NCBI GenBank assembly: GCA_030265395.1
Contig: JARFYF010000059.1
Span: 8,260,895 to 8,324,894, forward strand
DNA length: 64,000 bases
Reading direction: 5' to 3'
Source of the DNA: Rhina ancylostomus
Lineage: Eukaryota
Below, in pieces: positions 13,138 through 25,398 of this stretch (within the stretch, counting starts at the first letter, position 1; each line of letters opens with the position of its first letter). A model generated the notes under the pieces. The model made no database searches, was not told where the DNA came from, and worked only from the letters and a program-made list of their open reading frames with translations. The position numbers were made by a program, and so were the translations under genes.

Positions 13138-14636
13138 CTAAAGAAAATAGAAATATTTAGTCACAGTTAAGGGATGTTGCTCAACACCAAGAAAGCTTGA
13201 TCCCAACATTCTGCCCGTGACCTAAATGGAAGCAGTCCTGCAGTAGCACAGGTAATCCTGATAACACACAATTTAAACAGCAAATTATTAGAAACAGAGG
13301 TGTATAGAGTAAATTAGAAAGCAGAGCAAAAAAGATCCAAGGAAGAGACAGAAAAAGACCAACAGGAAGCTTTGAAGCCTCAGTGTGTGTCTCCCTGCAC
13401 TTAAAAGTCAATGATGTACATTTGAATTGTAGTCAGCTGTAATGTAAGAAATGATCCAAGCGTTCAGGGCCTTTAAAAGTTGTATTTAGATTGTCCCTTC
13501 ATGAAAACCCCAAAGGTGTCCCATACAGATTTGGAAGACAATGATAGACCTCCAGAGTAACAGAATACATTTCAAAACAAAAAGCTCTAGTTAGCACATT
13601 AAAAATACCACTTGAGTGCAATAGGAAGGAATATTATGGTGCTCAACAGAAAAATACACTATCTTCGATAAATGACAAATTCATATTGTCCAAGCTCCAT
13701 AAGCATACCAAAGTAATACAAAAATCAGTGGTGCTATAAATACAATGAAAAAAACCACCCCTGAAATACTTATTCAAAGTTGTTCAACTAAAACAAATGC
13801 CATTTACTCAAAGCATGCTAATTATCTTAAACCTCAATTACCTTGCAAATACTCAATCCTCTCTGCTGGCCAGATAGTGGTTATGAAACAGACTGAACAA
13901 TCTAATCGCCTCTGATGAATCCTGCTACTCGAGATATCATCACAAGGACGCACAATTAACTTGCCGTTCCACCAGCAGCTTCAAGAAAATCCCAGGCAGA
14001 AATGGTCCTGGCTGGGTTCTACAGTTGCAACTAAGAATGAAACAGCAGAGAGGTCTGCTGTTGGTCACCACGTTAACTCACACCCTGGGTGCATCAGAGA
14101 ATGGTCAGCTGGTCAAAATGTTCGCTAGGTAAGATGTAAAATTCAGAAGTAAAAATTAATTGCCCACTTAAAAGTTACTGTTGTGAATCCACTAAAAGGA
14201 AATAGAAAGTACAAATCTTAAACTAATTTGCCAAAAGGCAATTACTGACCAAGACGGTGACTTTAGGGGGTTCAGAGGACCAGAATTGTCAAATCAAACC
14301 CCATCATTCACACAACCAAAATGTACACAATGCAAAACATCTTTTTCAGTGTAACTTTCAAGCCTTGGAATATTTTTCTTTAGATTTCAATAATCAAGCC
14401 TTATGCTGAAAATTAAAAATATTGGACATGCCAAAATAACAAGCTTCGTATTGAAGTAAGTCCCCATTCCCTGTATCACTGTCAATGGCTGTAGCTACTT
14501 CCACACAGAGGATCAACAAATAAGAATGTGGTGTTTCTAAATATGGAAACATGCAAGCCCTTTGACCAAAACTATATGTGAGTATATTGTTGGATTTTCA
14601 CATTCTTTGTTTTTTAATAATTAAAACTGTTCTTAC

Positions 14637-14748
14637 CTGGGGTAAAATGGGAAACAGAGCTGGAAGGAACCACTGAATCCTTTGCCCGAAATCTGTTCAA
14701 TCCATCCATTTTTTTCACATTTCTGCAGTGTTCTCTTCAACATATGCA
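14637..14748 (-). CDS. HP1BP3: HP1BP3 coding exon 9 (MHMLKRTLQKCEKNGWIEQISGKGFSGSFQLCFPFYPS)
   Basis: Third wing motif GKGFSG; 112 nt, phase 1 to 2; CAG acceptor and GTAAGA donor. Confidence 0.97.
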
Positions 14749-17181
14749 CTGGAAAAGATAACACAGGACAATCAAAATGCCGAAAATTACATTCATTTGG
14801 TTACAGTGGTATGATGGATAAAAGGTACAGGCCCAAATCCATTCTTCTCTGCAGAATGGAACTTTGCTTTCCTTGGAAGAGAGAACAGCAATCAATGCTT
14901 TTGAAAGAAATGCCACTCCAACCTTCAATTACAATACCTAACACATTATTCAAATTTAACTTCTGCATGCCAAATATTACATCTTGTTGCAACACTACAA
15001 TGATGTAAAATTTGCTCAATTTAGGTTCAATCACAAAAGAACCATGTGGTCCCTAAATAATAATCAACACAGTATTTCCTTTGGTAGAAAATATGAAACC
15101 CATTTTAATCATCTGTATTCATTCCTGCTCGAGGATACAATTAACATACTGAATAGTACCATCACGTCTATTTCATGAAATCTGGTGAGATATCATCTGG
15201 ATTATCGTGCACCTGACACTCCTACCATAATAACGATATTCCAGCTCGAGACAAGGTATAATGCATATTAATGTCGATAATCTCTCACCTAAGTCACTGA
15301 AGCATGGGGAATGATTTTATGTCTTGGCCTTATTCAAGAGTCTGGGAGGGAACCTGATCCATGCCTTCCACATTATTAAGGGAATTATTAACACAAGCAA
15401 ATTTGATGCACACTGAGGGAGGGGAGGAGTTACTTGTGCAGCGGTTTCACTTTACTTAGTTGGTGTGCACTTAAGCAGATGAAGACCAGCTCTTCACTAA
15501 ATTAGCTACAAACACCTTGGAAAATGAGATTAAAACAGAAAAATGCTTATATTTTCAAGTAGTAAGTACAAAGTTCTGTCCTCCCATACCAAGACTCATC
15601 ATCTTCAGTGATTTAATGAAGAATTTCTGATTAGTTGAGATGTGTTGAATTGGCTTTCGATCTCTTTGCAACTCAACAAGAAATATATTGTGGCATGTGT
15701 GGGAGCTTACTGTGTAATAGTCAAACAACATTTTAATTTGCATTTTAATTCAGATTTCTTTACATCTGGAGGAGTATGAACAACTGTGCAACGAGTTTAA
15801 GAATTACAAATTGGTCTTCATTTGTGCCTTGCACTTTGATAAGGTGGCAGAGATTACTACCCTCGATCAGTGTGGGTAAAATTAAGGAGAAATGTAATAA
15901 TTGAGATTTAAAAGCGCAAGTTTTTTTTCCCCCTTGATTTCCATATTCCACCCAAGAGGTAGCAAAAATCAGGATTTCTGTGCATCCAAGTCCAAAGCTT
16001 CCTGACAGCTAATCCCAGGCATTTTGCTGTCTGCGTTTTCTCCCTAACTCAGAGGATCAGTCCAAACAACCTGCACTAGGTTGGACCTAGACCAGAAATA
16101 GCAACTATATTCATTTTGATGTTGAGGAAATGACTACAAAAGGACCAGGCCAAACCTTAGTAAATTGATTAAATACGTTTCTAAAGGTTTGTGAATGCAC
16201 CCAAGTAAAAAGCATTTGATAACTTTGACAGTCTTCTTAGCTAAGGGTCCTCAGTTCTTTTTGGCATTTTCGCAGGTGGGCTTCATCCTTGAACTTCTCC
16301 TGTGTATTAGATCTGGGCTGCAAAAAACCCCATCCTAACATAGGGACTAAATTGCTCTGTTCCTCATCACTTTGCCCAAAGAGAAACATCTAGGTAATTC
16401 CAGTTTAATATGCCAGTTAACGATGAGGGTGATGCCTTGCTGCCGACTGAAAAATGTTGCCCAATGTTTCTCACTCTGGTATCTGGCACTCCTCTTCTTC
16501 AACATACCCACAGCTTTTTCAAAGTTTTGTTTTCCCCCAGAATGAACTCCCTTTTAAATAGTTTAAAGTAAAAGCTTTAAGCAAGTAAGGTTTCCCATTA
16601 TTCTAATTCCTTTCTTCCCTAGCTTGGTATCGATATCTTTACCCTTATTTGTAAAACACCCAGGGATATTTGTTTACATTGAAGTAAAGCAAGTGAAAAT
16701 TGTTGTAACGTCCTCACTTTCAAACAGATCGACAGACTACATTCTTTAATAGCAGCACCAATCAACTCAGTGGGTTGGGTTATATAGTTTTTCAGACTGA
16801 TGCCATGCATGAAGCTTCAAGTAACTTTAAAAAACACACACAGCGTCCACTATCAGCACGTTTATTGACCTTCGAAGAGCATCATGAAGTTCGACATAAA
16901 ATTAAATTTTTTCATTACTGGATAATACTTAAAACAATTGTCCTTTATCAATATACAATTTGATGCACCAGAAGAAAAAACACACAAAATTACAAGAACA
17001 AATACTAATTCTTCATACACTTGCTGCAACTTAAAATAACCACAACTTTTTATTCCCCACAATTGAACTAGCAGTTTCCAGAATAGTGTCATTAAATTGT
17101 ATCCCAGGCAACTAAATTATAACTAGCTTTTTAATGAAGTAAATATAATCTAAAAGACAAAAAAGATAGTGTCCAACTTAC

Positions 17182-17341
17182 TCTGGAAATTTGAATTTGT
17201 TGCAGGAACTTTCTCCGAAACATACTTTTTAAGAGCTGTGGTAGAACAGGTTTTTGGTTCATTCATGGCAGTTATAGCACTTAGAATTGCATCCTCAAAT
17301 GGACCTCCACTTAACAATGGCTTGTCTCCAGCCTTTTTAAG
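17182..17341 (-). CDS. HP1BP3: HP1BP3 coding exon 8, H15 domain 3 start (LKKAGDKPLLSGGPFEDAILSAITAMNEPKTCSTTALKKY...)
   Basis: MNEPKTCSTTALKKY motif; 160 nt; CAG acceptor and GTAAGT donor. Confidence 0.97.
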
Positions 17342-18077
17342 CTGCAACAGAAGATGGAAGCAGTAAAACCAAGTGAAAAATTCTCAACACCAATCAAGTT
17401 TCAATGTTATATTACAAGTGGAGTTATGGTGTAGACTTTTCTTTGGGTTCGTTACGATATTTCAAGATCCCAGGTAACATTAGGACAATGAAATGGTTCT
17501 ACCCAGTTCACCCAAGTTGTACAAAAGCCTCTGTGTGAGAACTCATCCCTGCCCAAATTCCCCACCAGATATTCCTGGGACAAGAATTCCTCCTGCTCCT
17601 GTGTTTTCCCAAGGAGCAGGAATGTCTGACTATGGTTAATATCATCAAGCCAAACCAATTAAAAATTTAATTCATTCTTCTTTTGTCCTCTAATAATTGA
17701 CACTAAACATCAGGCTCCATACAGGAAGTACTCAATATCAAGAGTCCCAGACACAAATAACTACTGTTTAAACAAAAAGATGTGCTCCAATGGTTTATGC
17801 ACTTTAATAGCTGCTTGCCAATTTTCTTTACTCCCAGATGGATCTTTGTGATGAGATAAAATTGAAAGGATAAATGACATTTACAACTAAACCCATGCTT
17901 CTGGGATGCAGGTATTCCAACAAATTAATACAATCCCAAACTGGTGGTGGGAAGCAAAATCCTCAGGATAACTTCCAAAGGTGGTGAGACTGAAGTCCAT
18001 TTCAATGCAGCAGAATGCATGTACCCTAAACCGACAACAACACTGCCCATCCATTCTTCAGCATCAGTGATACTCAC

Positions 18078-18168
18078 CTGGAATGTGCCCGATGCTCCCT
18101 TGCCAGTGATCTGCTCCAACTGACCCTTATCCACAGCTCTTTGCAAAGCCTGTTTGAGTAAATAGGGC
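18078..18168 (-). CDS. HP1BP3: HP1BP3 coding exon 7 (RPYLLKQALQRAVDKGQLEQITGKGASGTFQ)
   Basis: Second GKGASG wing; 91 nt; CAG acceptor and GTGAGT donor. Confidence 0.97.
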
Positions 18169-18993
18169 CTGTAAATTAAGCACATGCAAAATAATCTCCG
18201 ATGGTAGAAATGCAAGTATGATAAATCAAGCTCTCAGGAGGAAAAAAAATCACAACTTCAAAGCATCCTTATAGAATTGAAGGGCCCACTTCATGTGCTG
18301 AAGATGGCAGAATTCTGGTGAAAGACTGCCAAAGGGTTAAGAAGCATACCTATCAGACAATTTTCTTGATCATTAGTTATTTGATTTCTATTTTGCTCTA
18401 CCCAGCTTTCTGAGTGAAAGTGGAAAAGATCATGCTCGCTGGGGAAAGGGACACAGACAGAGATGGTAAAGGAAAGCAGATCAACATAACAATAGAGAAA
18501 AAGAAATCACACAAAGGAAAAATTAAAACCCAAGGCCATTAGATGTTTTTTTTAAAGAAAGAGTTGATATGACATAACATTGCTGCTCTGAGCTTCTTCC
18601 TTCCCTTTTGTATGTATGCAACTTTCCGGTGTCTCTCTCCTACTCTGACTAACATTTGGTGACTTTGTGGTTAAATTAGAAAACTTATTCCTCTTTCTTT
18701 GCCTCTACTTTCTATGATGCAGTTTTGGAGCAAAACTCAGTGGCTAAAATTCAGTTCACTTGGGAGAACTAGCCAGTTAGCCAATCAATTGCACTTAAAA
18801 GTTTTACCTGGACAAATGACCGGACCAACTGGCAACTTTAGTGCACCTGATGACCAATCTTCAGGAATGAAAAGCAGACTACACTAAAAGAATCCATAAT
18901 CTTACAGGTGGAATCTCAAAGTAAGGATTTAGTGTGCTTCACATTGGCTGTAGCCTTGGGCAAATATGCTAACATAATTCTTTACTTTCATAC

Positions 18994-19148
18994 CTGCTTT
19001 CAGCATTCAGTTTGGGATAATATTGAAGAAGATACTTCTTGATAAGACTGTATGATGCCTCTTTAGGTTCACACAGCTTTGTGAATGCCAGTGGTAGAGC
19101 ATCCTCCAGTTTTATTGGCTGCTCCGTTGGTCCAGATGAAGTGGTTTT
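18994..19148 (-). CDS. HP1BP3: HP1BP3 coding exon 6, H15 domain 2 start (KTTSSGPTEQPIKLEDALPLAFTKLCEPKEASYSLIRKYLLQYYPKLNAES)
   Basis: Translated by hand; matches LPLAFTRLCEPKEASYSLIRKY; 155 nt, phase 0 to 2. Confidence 0.97.
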
Positions 19149-20245
19149 CTATTAAAAAAAGAATACTAGGCTTGATCAAAAACAACTTTTCTTTGAAAAA
19201 ACACTTACCATCTGTACAATCCATTTAAGTTGTCAGTGCAGAGGTACAATATGCAAGATTTGAGGCGATCAAGATCCTGCTCCAACTGGAAAAGCATATC
19301 GACGTACTGAAAACTGAAAAAAGTTATCAATATGGCTATTTGCTGAATCAGTGGAGGATTGTGGCCAAGAAAAACAGTGAAAGCTTTGACAGTCATTTCT
19401 GCTAATGCCTAGGAAAAAGTCCATTCACTAGAATCAGACAGAGCCTGGTTACCTGACTATGGATGGGAACCAACTATGTGGTAAAATATTTGATCTGAGT
19501 TGGACTGTACCATGCTGACCCAACTCAGTACTTTATTCAGGGCAAGATGATTTGGTTGGTATTATAACATCCTCTGTAATCAATATTTGGTGCTTTAGCC
19601 TTAAACAGATCAAGAGCATGTTTGAGATTCTCAAGTCTGTGGTCAGATATGGAAATAAAAATTATGAGTATCAGTGCTCAGGCTGGGTTTGGACTGGCCC
19701 TGATCAGGTCACGTTACAATTTTATAACCAAGCAGACTCCTGGATGAAAGTCCAGAGTTCAATTAAAATTCTCCAGTTCTTGTAGGAGGAATTCTCCTGC
19801 TTACAGAGACAAAACTAACAGGAATATACCAACAATAATTGGTCTAAAAAGCCACTGTCAGTTTACAATCAGAGGCATCACAATGAAATTCAAGTTGCTG
19901 CTTGCTGGACATGTTGAAAGCTTCACTTAGATTAGGTCAGAAGCTTAGCTGGACTGTATAGAAATTCTATCACTACTTTCTGCTCTAATTAAATTTTACA
20001 TATTTTCTTAAGCAATTTGTGATATTGAGGCAGTAGCAAACCCTGATACCTAAATACTGTTATGCAACAAACCATTCAAAATGAATTCCATATAGAAATA
20101 TGCTGAGTTACCTGACCTGAATGCCTGCAACGTGGACCAGTAAATGCATGTAGCCCCAAAGAAAGTGCTTCAGCAGTTTCCTTCCTACTCGCTTCATATA
20201 CATTTCCAATCTATTTGTCCCTGCCAATATTAATAAATGATGAGC

Positions 20246-20405
20246 AACACACATGCTGCGGGAACTCAGTAAGTCAGGCAGCAACTATGGAAGAATGGGA
20301 AGTTGATGTTTTGGGTTGAGACCCTTCAAATGTTGACTGTCCATTTTCTTCCATATATGCTGCCTGACCCACCGAGTTCCTCCAGCATCTGCAGCTTCTT
20401 GTGTC
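20246..20405. mobile_element. Head-to-head inverted pair of Penelope-like terminal repeats inserted as one unit
   Basis: Left arm is the reverse complement of the right arm; flanked by a perfect 16-bp direct repeat TTAATAAATGATGAGC (20230-20245, 20406-20421). Confidence 0.85.
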
Positions 20406-20864
20406 TTAATAAATGATGAGCCCAATTACCCTAATATTATGTACTTGGGGACCTAAACTACCCAAGAGGTTCTTCCACACCATCATACNNNNNNNNNNNN
20501 NNNNNNNNNNNNNNNNNNNNNNNNNNNNNNNNNNNNNNNNNNNNNNNNNNNNNNNNNNNNNNNNNNNNNNNNNNNNNNNNNNNNNNNNCACACCATCATA
20601 CGCTAGATGGAAATATGGTAAAACTTTGATAATTCAGCATCAGATTGTTCGGAAATCCTGATGATTCAGCAACTACCCCAATCATTGGTCCAGGGTGTGA
20701 ACTAGGGATCCAGGCTGCAAATGGGGCATGCAGCCAGAGCTGGGGTCAGGACTGCTAGCTGTGGTGGGAACACCATGGCTCAATCCAAAACATTCAAGCT
20801 GAAATTGACTGGGTTCTATTTCCCAATCTCTTCAAACCCATCGGTTTCACTGGAAAATGTATTA

Positions 20865-21600
20865 TGGAGACAAAAGAGACTGCAGGCGCTGGAGCAAAAA
20901 CCAAACAGCTGGAGGAACTCAGGGGGTCAGGCATCATTTGTGGACACAGAGGGATAGTTGACATTTCAGGTCGAGACCTTGCATCATGGCTGAGAGTGCA
21001 GAGGAGAAATAGTCAATAGAAAGAGGGAAAGGTGAAAGTACATACAGAAAGTGATAAGTGAAGACAACAAAGTGCCAGAGATATTGGAATCTGATAAATG
21101 AAGGTAATAAGTGGAACCAGAAAAATGAGGGATGGTAGGCAGATGGAGCCAATGAGGAGAGGAGGGTTTGAGAGAACCTGGGTTGATCAGAGGAAAGAGA
21201 GGGAGAGAAACACAGGGGTGCAGCTTACCTGAAATTGGAAATTTCAATGTTCGTACCATTGGGTTGAAGACTACCAAGGCAGAATATGAGGTACTGTTAT
21301 CTAGTTTGTATTTGGCCTCACCCTTGCAGTGAAGGTGAAATTACCTGGAACCAGGAGCTCATGATGGCCACCTTCAACCCTTTGTTGTCTCCACATTACC
21401 ATCTAGCCTCTGACTACCTCCACCTCCCCCATTCCTGGCTCCAGCTGCCCTTCATCCCCCTCCTCACCTGGTTCTACCTGTACTGTCCATCTCCCCTTTA
21501 CCTTCTCAGCCCTGATGCAAGGTCTTGGCCCGAAATGTAGATTATCACTCTGAGCCCACATATGTCACCTGCCCCGCTGAGTTTCTTCAGCAGTTTTTTT
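20865..21600. mobile_element. Inverted Penelope-like element with GIY-YIG C-terminus and two hammerhead-like motifs
   Basis: Minus arm encodes YLIFCLGSLQPNGTNIEISNFR* (about 21225-21293) and has a hammerhead motif at about 20955-20992; plus arm has CTGATGC...GAAA at 21512-21535; TSD CTGGAAAAT(G/T)TATTA at 20850-20864 and 21601-21615 (14/15). Confidence 0.85.
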
Positions 21601-21759
21601 CTGGAAAATTTATTACAGTATATAACATATTAAAAAATGTGAAACGAAAAGGTGTTTGTGTATTAATAGAAGTAACACCCAAAAGTTTGAAAAATCCACT
21701 AGTCTGCCACTACCAAGTTTCTGAGGATGCAGATTATCAGAGCTTTACTAATAAATGCA

Positions 21760-22190
21760 CATCACGGAAACCAGCCTTCCCTCCATGGACTCTTGTCCAT
21801 GCTTCTCGCTGCCTTGGTGAAGCAGCCAGCATAATTAAAGACCCCATCCACTCAGGACATTCTCTCTTCTCCCCTTACCCATCAGGCAGAAGTTACAGGA
21901 GCCTGAGGGCACACACCACCAGGCTCAAGGACAGCTTCTATCCTGCTGTTATAAGACTATTGAATGGTTCCCTTATACGATGAGATGAACTCTTGACCTC
22001 ACATTTTACCTTGTAATGACTTGCACCTTATTGTCTACCTGCCCTGCACTCCCTCGGTAGTGGTGACACTTTATTCTGTATTCTATTATTGATTTTACCC
22101 TGTACTACCTCAATGCACTGTACAAATGGTAAGAAAGACAAGTTTTTCCACTGTACCTCGGTACAAGTGACAATAATAAACCAATACTAA
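21760..22190 (+). mobile_element. Rex1/Babar-type LINE 3' end
   Basis: ORF end ASIIKDPIHSGHSLFSPYPSGRSYRSLRAHTTRLKDSFYPAVIRLLN is typical of the Rex1/Babar ORF C-terminus, followed by a 3' UTR ending ...gtgacaataataaacc. Confidence 0.8.
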
Positions 22191-22480
22191 TGTAAGAGGA
22201 AAAAGAGTGGATTTCTCTTACAGCTGGACGCAGTAGATAAAAGTTTAGGAATTTTGATTCTTGGACATTGCTGTTTACAGTATGTTCCTACAAGAATAAA
22301 TGAAGCAGTTAAAGATTAAGGTCTGCCTCAGCACAGCTATACCTCAAGCTAAACACTGCCTTCCTGACCTGATGAACAATCCCAAAAAAGTATTAGAAAA
22401 TGTGGTAAATAAGAGCAAAGAACATGAAAACTTGTTTTAAATTCCACTTTTACACCAATAATAACCATGCAATTAATTAC

Positions 22481-22564
22481 CTTTTTGTCCTGTTTGGATT
22501 TATGCGATTGTTTCCCTGCATTTGACACAACCACAAAACTTCCAGAGGCACCTTTTCCCTTCAC
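22481..22564 (-). CDS. HP1BP3: HP1BP3 coding exon 5 (VKGKGASGSFVVVSNAGKQSHKSKQDKK)
   Basis: H15 wing motif GKGASGSF; 84 nt; CAG acceptor and GTAATT donor. Confidence 0.96.
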
Positions 22565-22889
22565 CTGAAGAACAGGATGCATTCAACATTATTCCTTTTA
22601 CGTAATGGACTATAAGTAAGTTGAGAACTAGTTTAGAGGTCAATAACAACATTATCATGCACTTGCAAGGAAATAATTCATCCTAGTACCTGGAATCAAG
22701 TAAAATTAGAAGTTAAACATTTCTTCACAAGGTTAACAACTATACGATAAATTGCACTTAAGTTTTAATGAAATTCAGACTCTATTGAACTCAAAATGAG
22801 TCACGCCACCACTGGCAGAATATAACTTGTTCATTGTGTCTATTTTCTAGTACGCTCAGGTAAGGCACAGGGTAGATAACAGCAGAGCC

Positions 22890-23200
22890 TAAAGATATCA
22901 ACCTTCAAATATAACCTCCTCTGGACTCCTACCCCTGGCCAAATCAATTGATTGGTCTGTCATCCTTGCCCAGGAACCACACACTGTAATTGTTCCGATG
23001 TGTACTACTGATTCCCATGACATTTCAGGTTTTCTAGTGCCTAGCCTAGGTAGATTTGAAACAGAGTCAAATAGAGAACGGAAAAGACACACATTAGCTC
23101 CTACAGCAATATCATTTCCCAATAATCCTTCCCATTTTGCAAACATGCCCAATTTACGTGACTGCTCCTCAGATTCCAATCCCTCCATTCAGTAAGTAAA
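22890..23200 (-). mobile_element. Degenerate CR1-type ORF1 (SGNH esterase-like) fragment
   Basis: VVHIGT motif in ORF 22898-23188 resembles the CR1 ORF1 VVHVGTND block. Confidence 0.4.
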
Positions 23201-23469
23201 ATATTCTTTTCGTACTGTGACAATCAGAACTGCACACTATGTTTTAGGTACAGATGAACAATGATTTATAAAGTGTAAACGTGCTCTCACTATCCTAGGG
23301 ATAGAGAGGAACAAGTTAGAAGTCAAATAAGCAAGGAGGGAAAAAGCAATACCAACTTTCCAGTGTTGAAACTTCCTGTGCAGGATGCAATCCACTCCTA
23401 CTTATCTTTCACTTAATTTTTATTGATATATAATGGAAGGGAGCTCCATAAAAAAAATCTAATGGTTAC

Positions 23470-23613
23470 CTGTTTGATAGCACCACGTTGCAGCTCCCGT
23501 TTTAAGGCTTGCTTTAGTATATATCCCCTGCGTTCGAGTTCCAGTGATGGATACTTGTTAATGATATATTTTCTTATGGCGACAACGGAAGCACCAGACT
23601 TCTGGAAACAAGC
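23470..23613 (-). CDS. HP1BP3: HP1BP3 coding exon 4, H15 domain 1 (ACFQKSGASVVAIRKYIINKYPSLELERRGYILKQALKRELQRGAIKQ)
   Basis: Translated by hand; 144 nt; CAG acceptor and GTAACC donor. Confidence 0.97.
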
Positions 23614-25244
23614 CTGAAAAGTGTCTGAGTATTTTTAAAATGTCCCATTTTCAGCGTGCATTTGCAAGTTTGAAACGACTCTCACTACAATGGTCATCCT
23701 ACAAAGAGGATATTTTGTTTTAACCAAATTAATTTGAACAATAACAAGTATAAATATTGCTAATCACCCTAAATAACCAAAACAACAAAGAAAAACAAAC
23801 TGCACAATATTTAAACACAATTTGAGACTTTTAGAAAACACATCACGATACCAGGAGCATCATTCCTCATTACAAGTTGAAAAGACAACTGTAACTATGA
23901 CACGTTGCTGAAATTCCAAAGCTTGATATTTCAGATCAGTGCTAAGTTGAGAGACTTCAAACAGAGTGCAAAGAAGGCTGACAAAATTGGCCTCAACATC
24001 CAGGGCTAAGGTGCAATAAGGCTGTTCACAACCTCACCAATCCATCCAACACTGAGCTTTGCTTCCAACCCTGCATGCTTTCTAAAAGTCTTCCTATTTC
24101 TACCATATGTTATCCCTAGCATACCACCTGCTGTTGAAAACATCCAACTCCTTTCAGCAACTCAAGACTCAATCTGTTCCAACACACATCTGCAGTTGAG
24201 CCCATCCTCTGCAAACACATCAATGCAGCATGGAGGGAGTACTACACTGATGGAGTACCATCTTTCAAGTAAATGAAAACTGAGGGCCTGTTCTCTCAGA
24301 TGGATAGAGAAGATGCATGGTACTACTCTAAAGGGGAGAAGTAGAGTTATCTCCAGAGTCCTAGTCAATAATTATCTCTTAATGAGTAAAAAAATAGATT
24401 TTTTATCANNNNNNNNNNNNNNNNNNNNNNNNNNNNNNNNNNNNNNNNNNNNNNNNNNNNNNNNNNNNNNNNNNNNNNNNNNNNNNNNNNNNNNNNNNNN
24501 NNNNNNNNATAGATTTTTTATCACTTTCACCTTATTGTTTTTGAATTTTGTGCACAAAGTGTCTACCACGTGACTACAAACTACATCATTATCTGTAATG
24601 TGTTGTGGACTGTAAAAAGTCCTGCGTAGGTGCAAGTCTTTCTTCAATAAGATCTATTGACTACATCCTCTCCTATCATATCCTATCCAGTACTAGATCC
24701 TGCTTATCCATGACTTTGTCTCTCAATATCTTAAATATGAAATGCTCACCCTTTTAAAATTCCATAGTGGCATTACCCCAACCCATCTGCGCAATCTCAT
24801 TCCTTAAACTGTTCCTGACCCCCACCCCTCCCCTAACCACACAACTGTTCACAGTGCATTCAGCTACCCAGGTTTCCTGCTCAAGAATCTCTTCCGTTAA
24901 ATCCTCCGCATTTCCACATTAGATCTAATGCTTAAATCTTCAGAGTTGAATTTGCAACCTTCCGATTTGAACCACAGTACAATCACTGAGCCAAAGACAA
25001 AATTTACAGGCAAACACTGCAAAAAGAACATTGATATCTGAGTGCAACCTTTGATATTGCACTCAAATAGTAATGTGGCACAGGAGTTGTGGCAGACTAT
25101 TGAGTTGAGTTTAGAGGTGACAAAGGTCTAAGCGAGTGCTTCTTTAAAAAAAAATCAGAAAAATAGGCATTTAATTTTTGACATCCAAGTACAAAAGTGA
25201 GGAGATACAGATGCTATGTTGTTATGAGGTTTGCCACCATCTAC

Positions 25245-25398
25245 CTTAATAGCTTCCGTGACAATTGCGTCCATTTTTGGTCGTGCAGTAGCAGTCATCT
25301 GAGAATTTTTCTGCACTCGAGCTAGTTGACTAGCAGACAAGGTAGCCCATGATGGAATGGTCTTTTTAATCTTCTTATCCTTGGTTGGTTCCTTTTCT
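25245..25398 (-). CDS. HP1BP3: HP1BP3 coding exon 3 (KKTIPSWATLSASQLARVQK...PKMDAIVTEAIK)
   Basis: Near identity to the vertebrate HP1BP3 motif; AG/GT boundaries; 154 nt, phase 2 to 0. Confidence 0.97.

Noticed and set aside
21525-21983. 152-aa ORF as a host gene
   Set aside because: Chimera of Penelope tail, unique DNA and a Rex1/Babar ORF end, antisense within an HP1BP3 intron.
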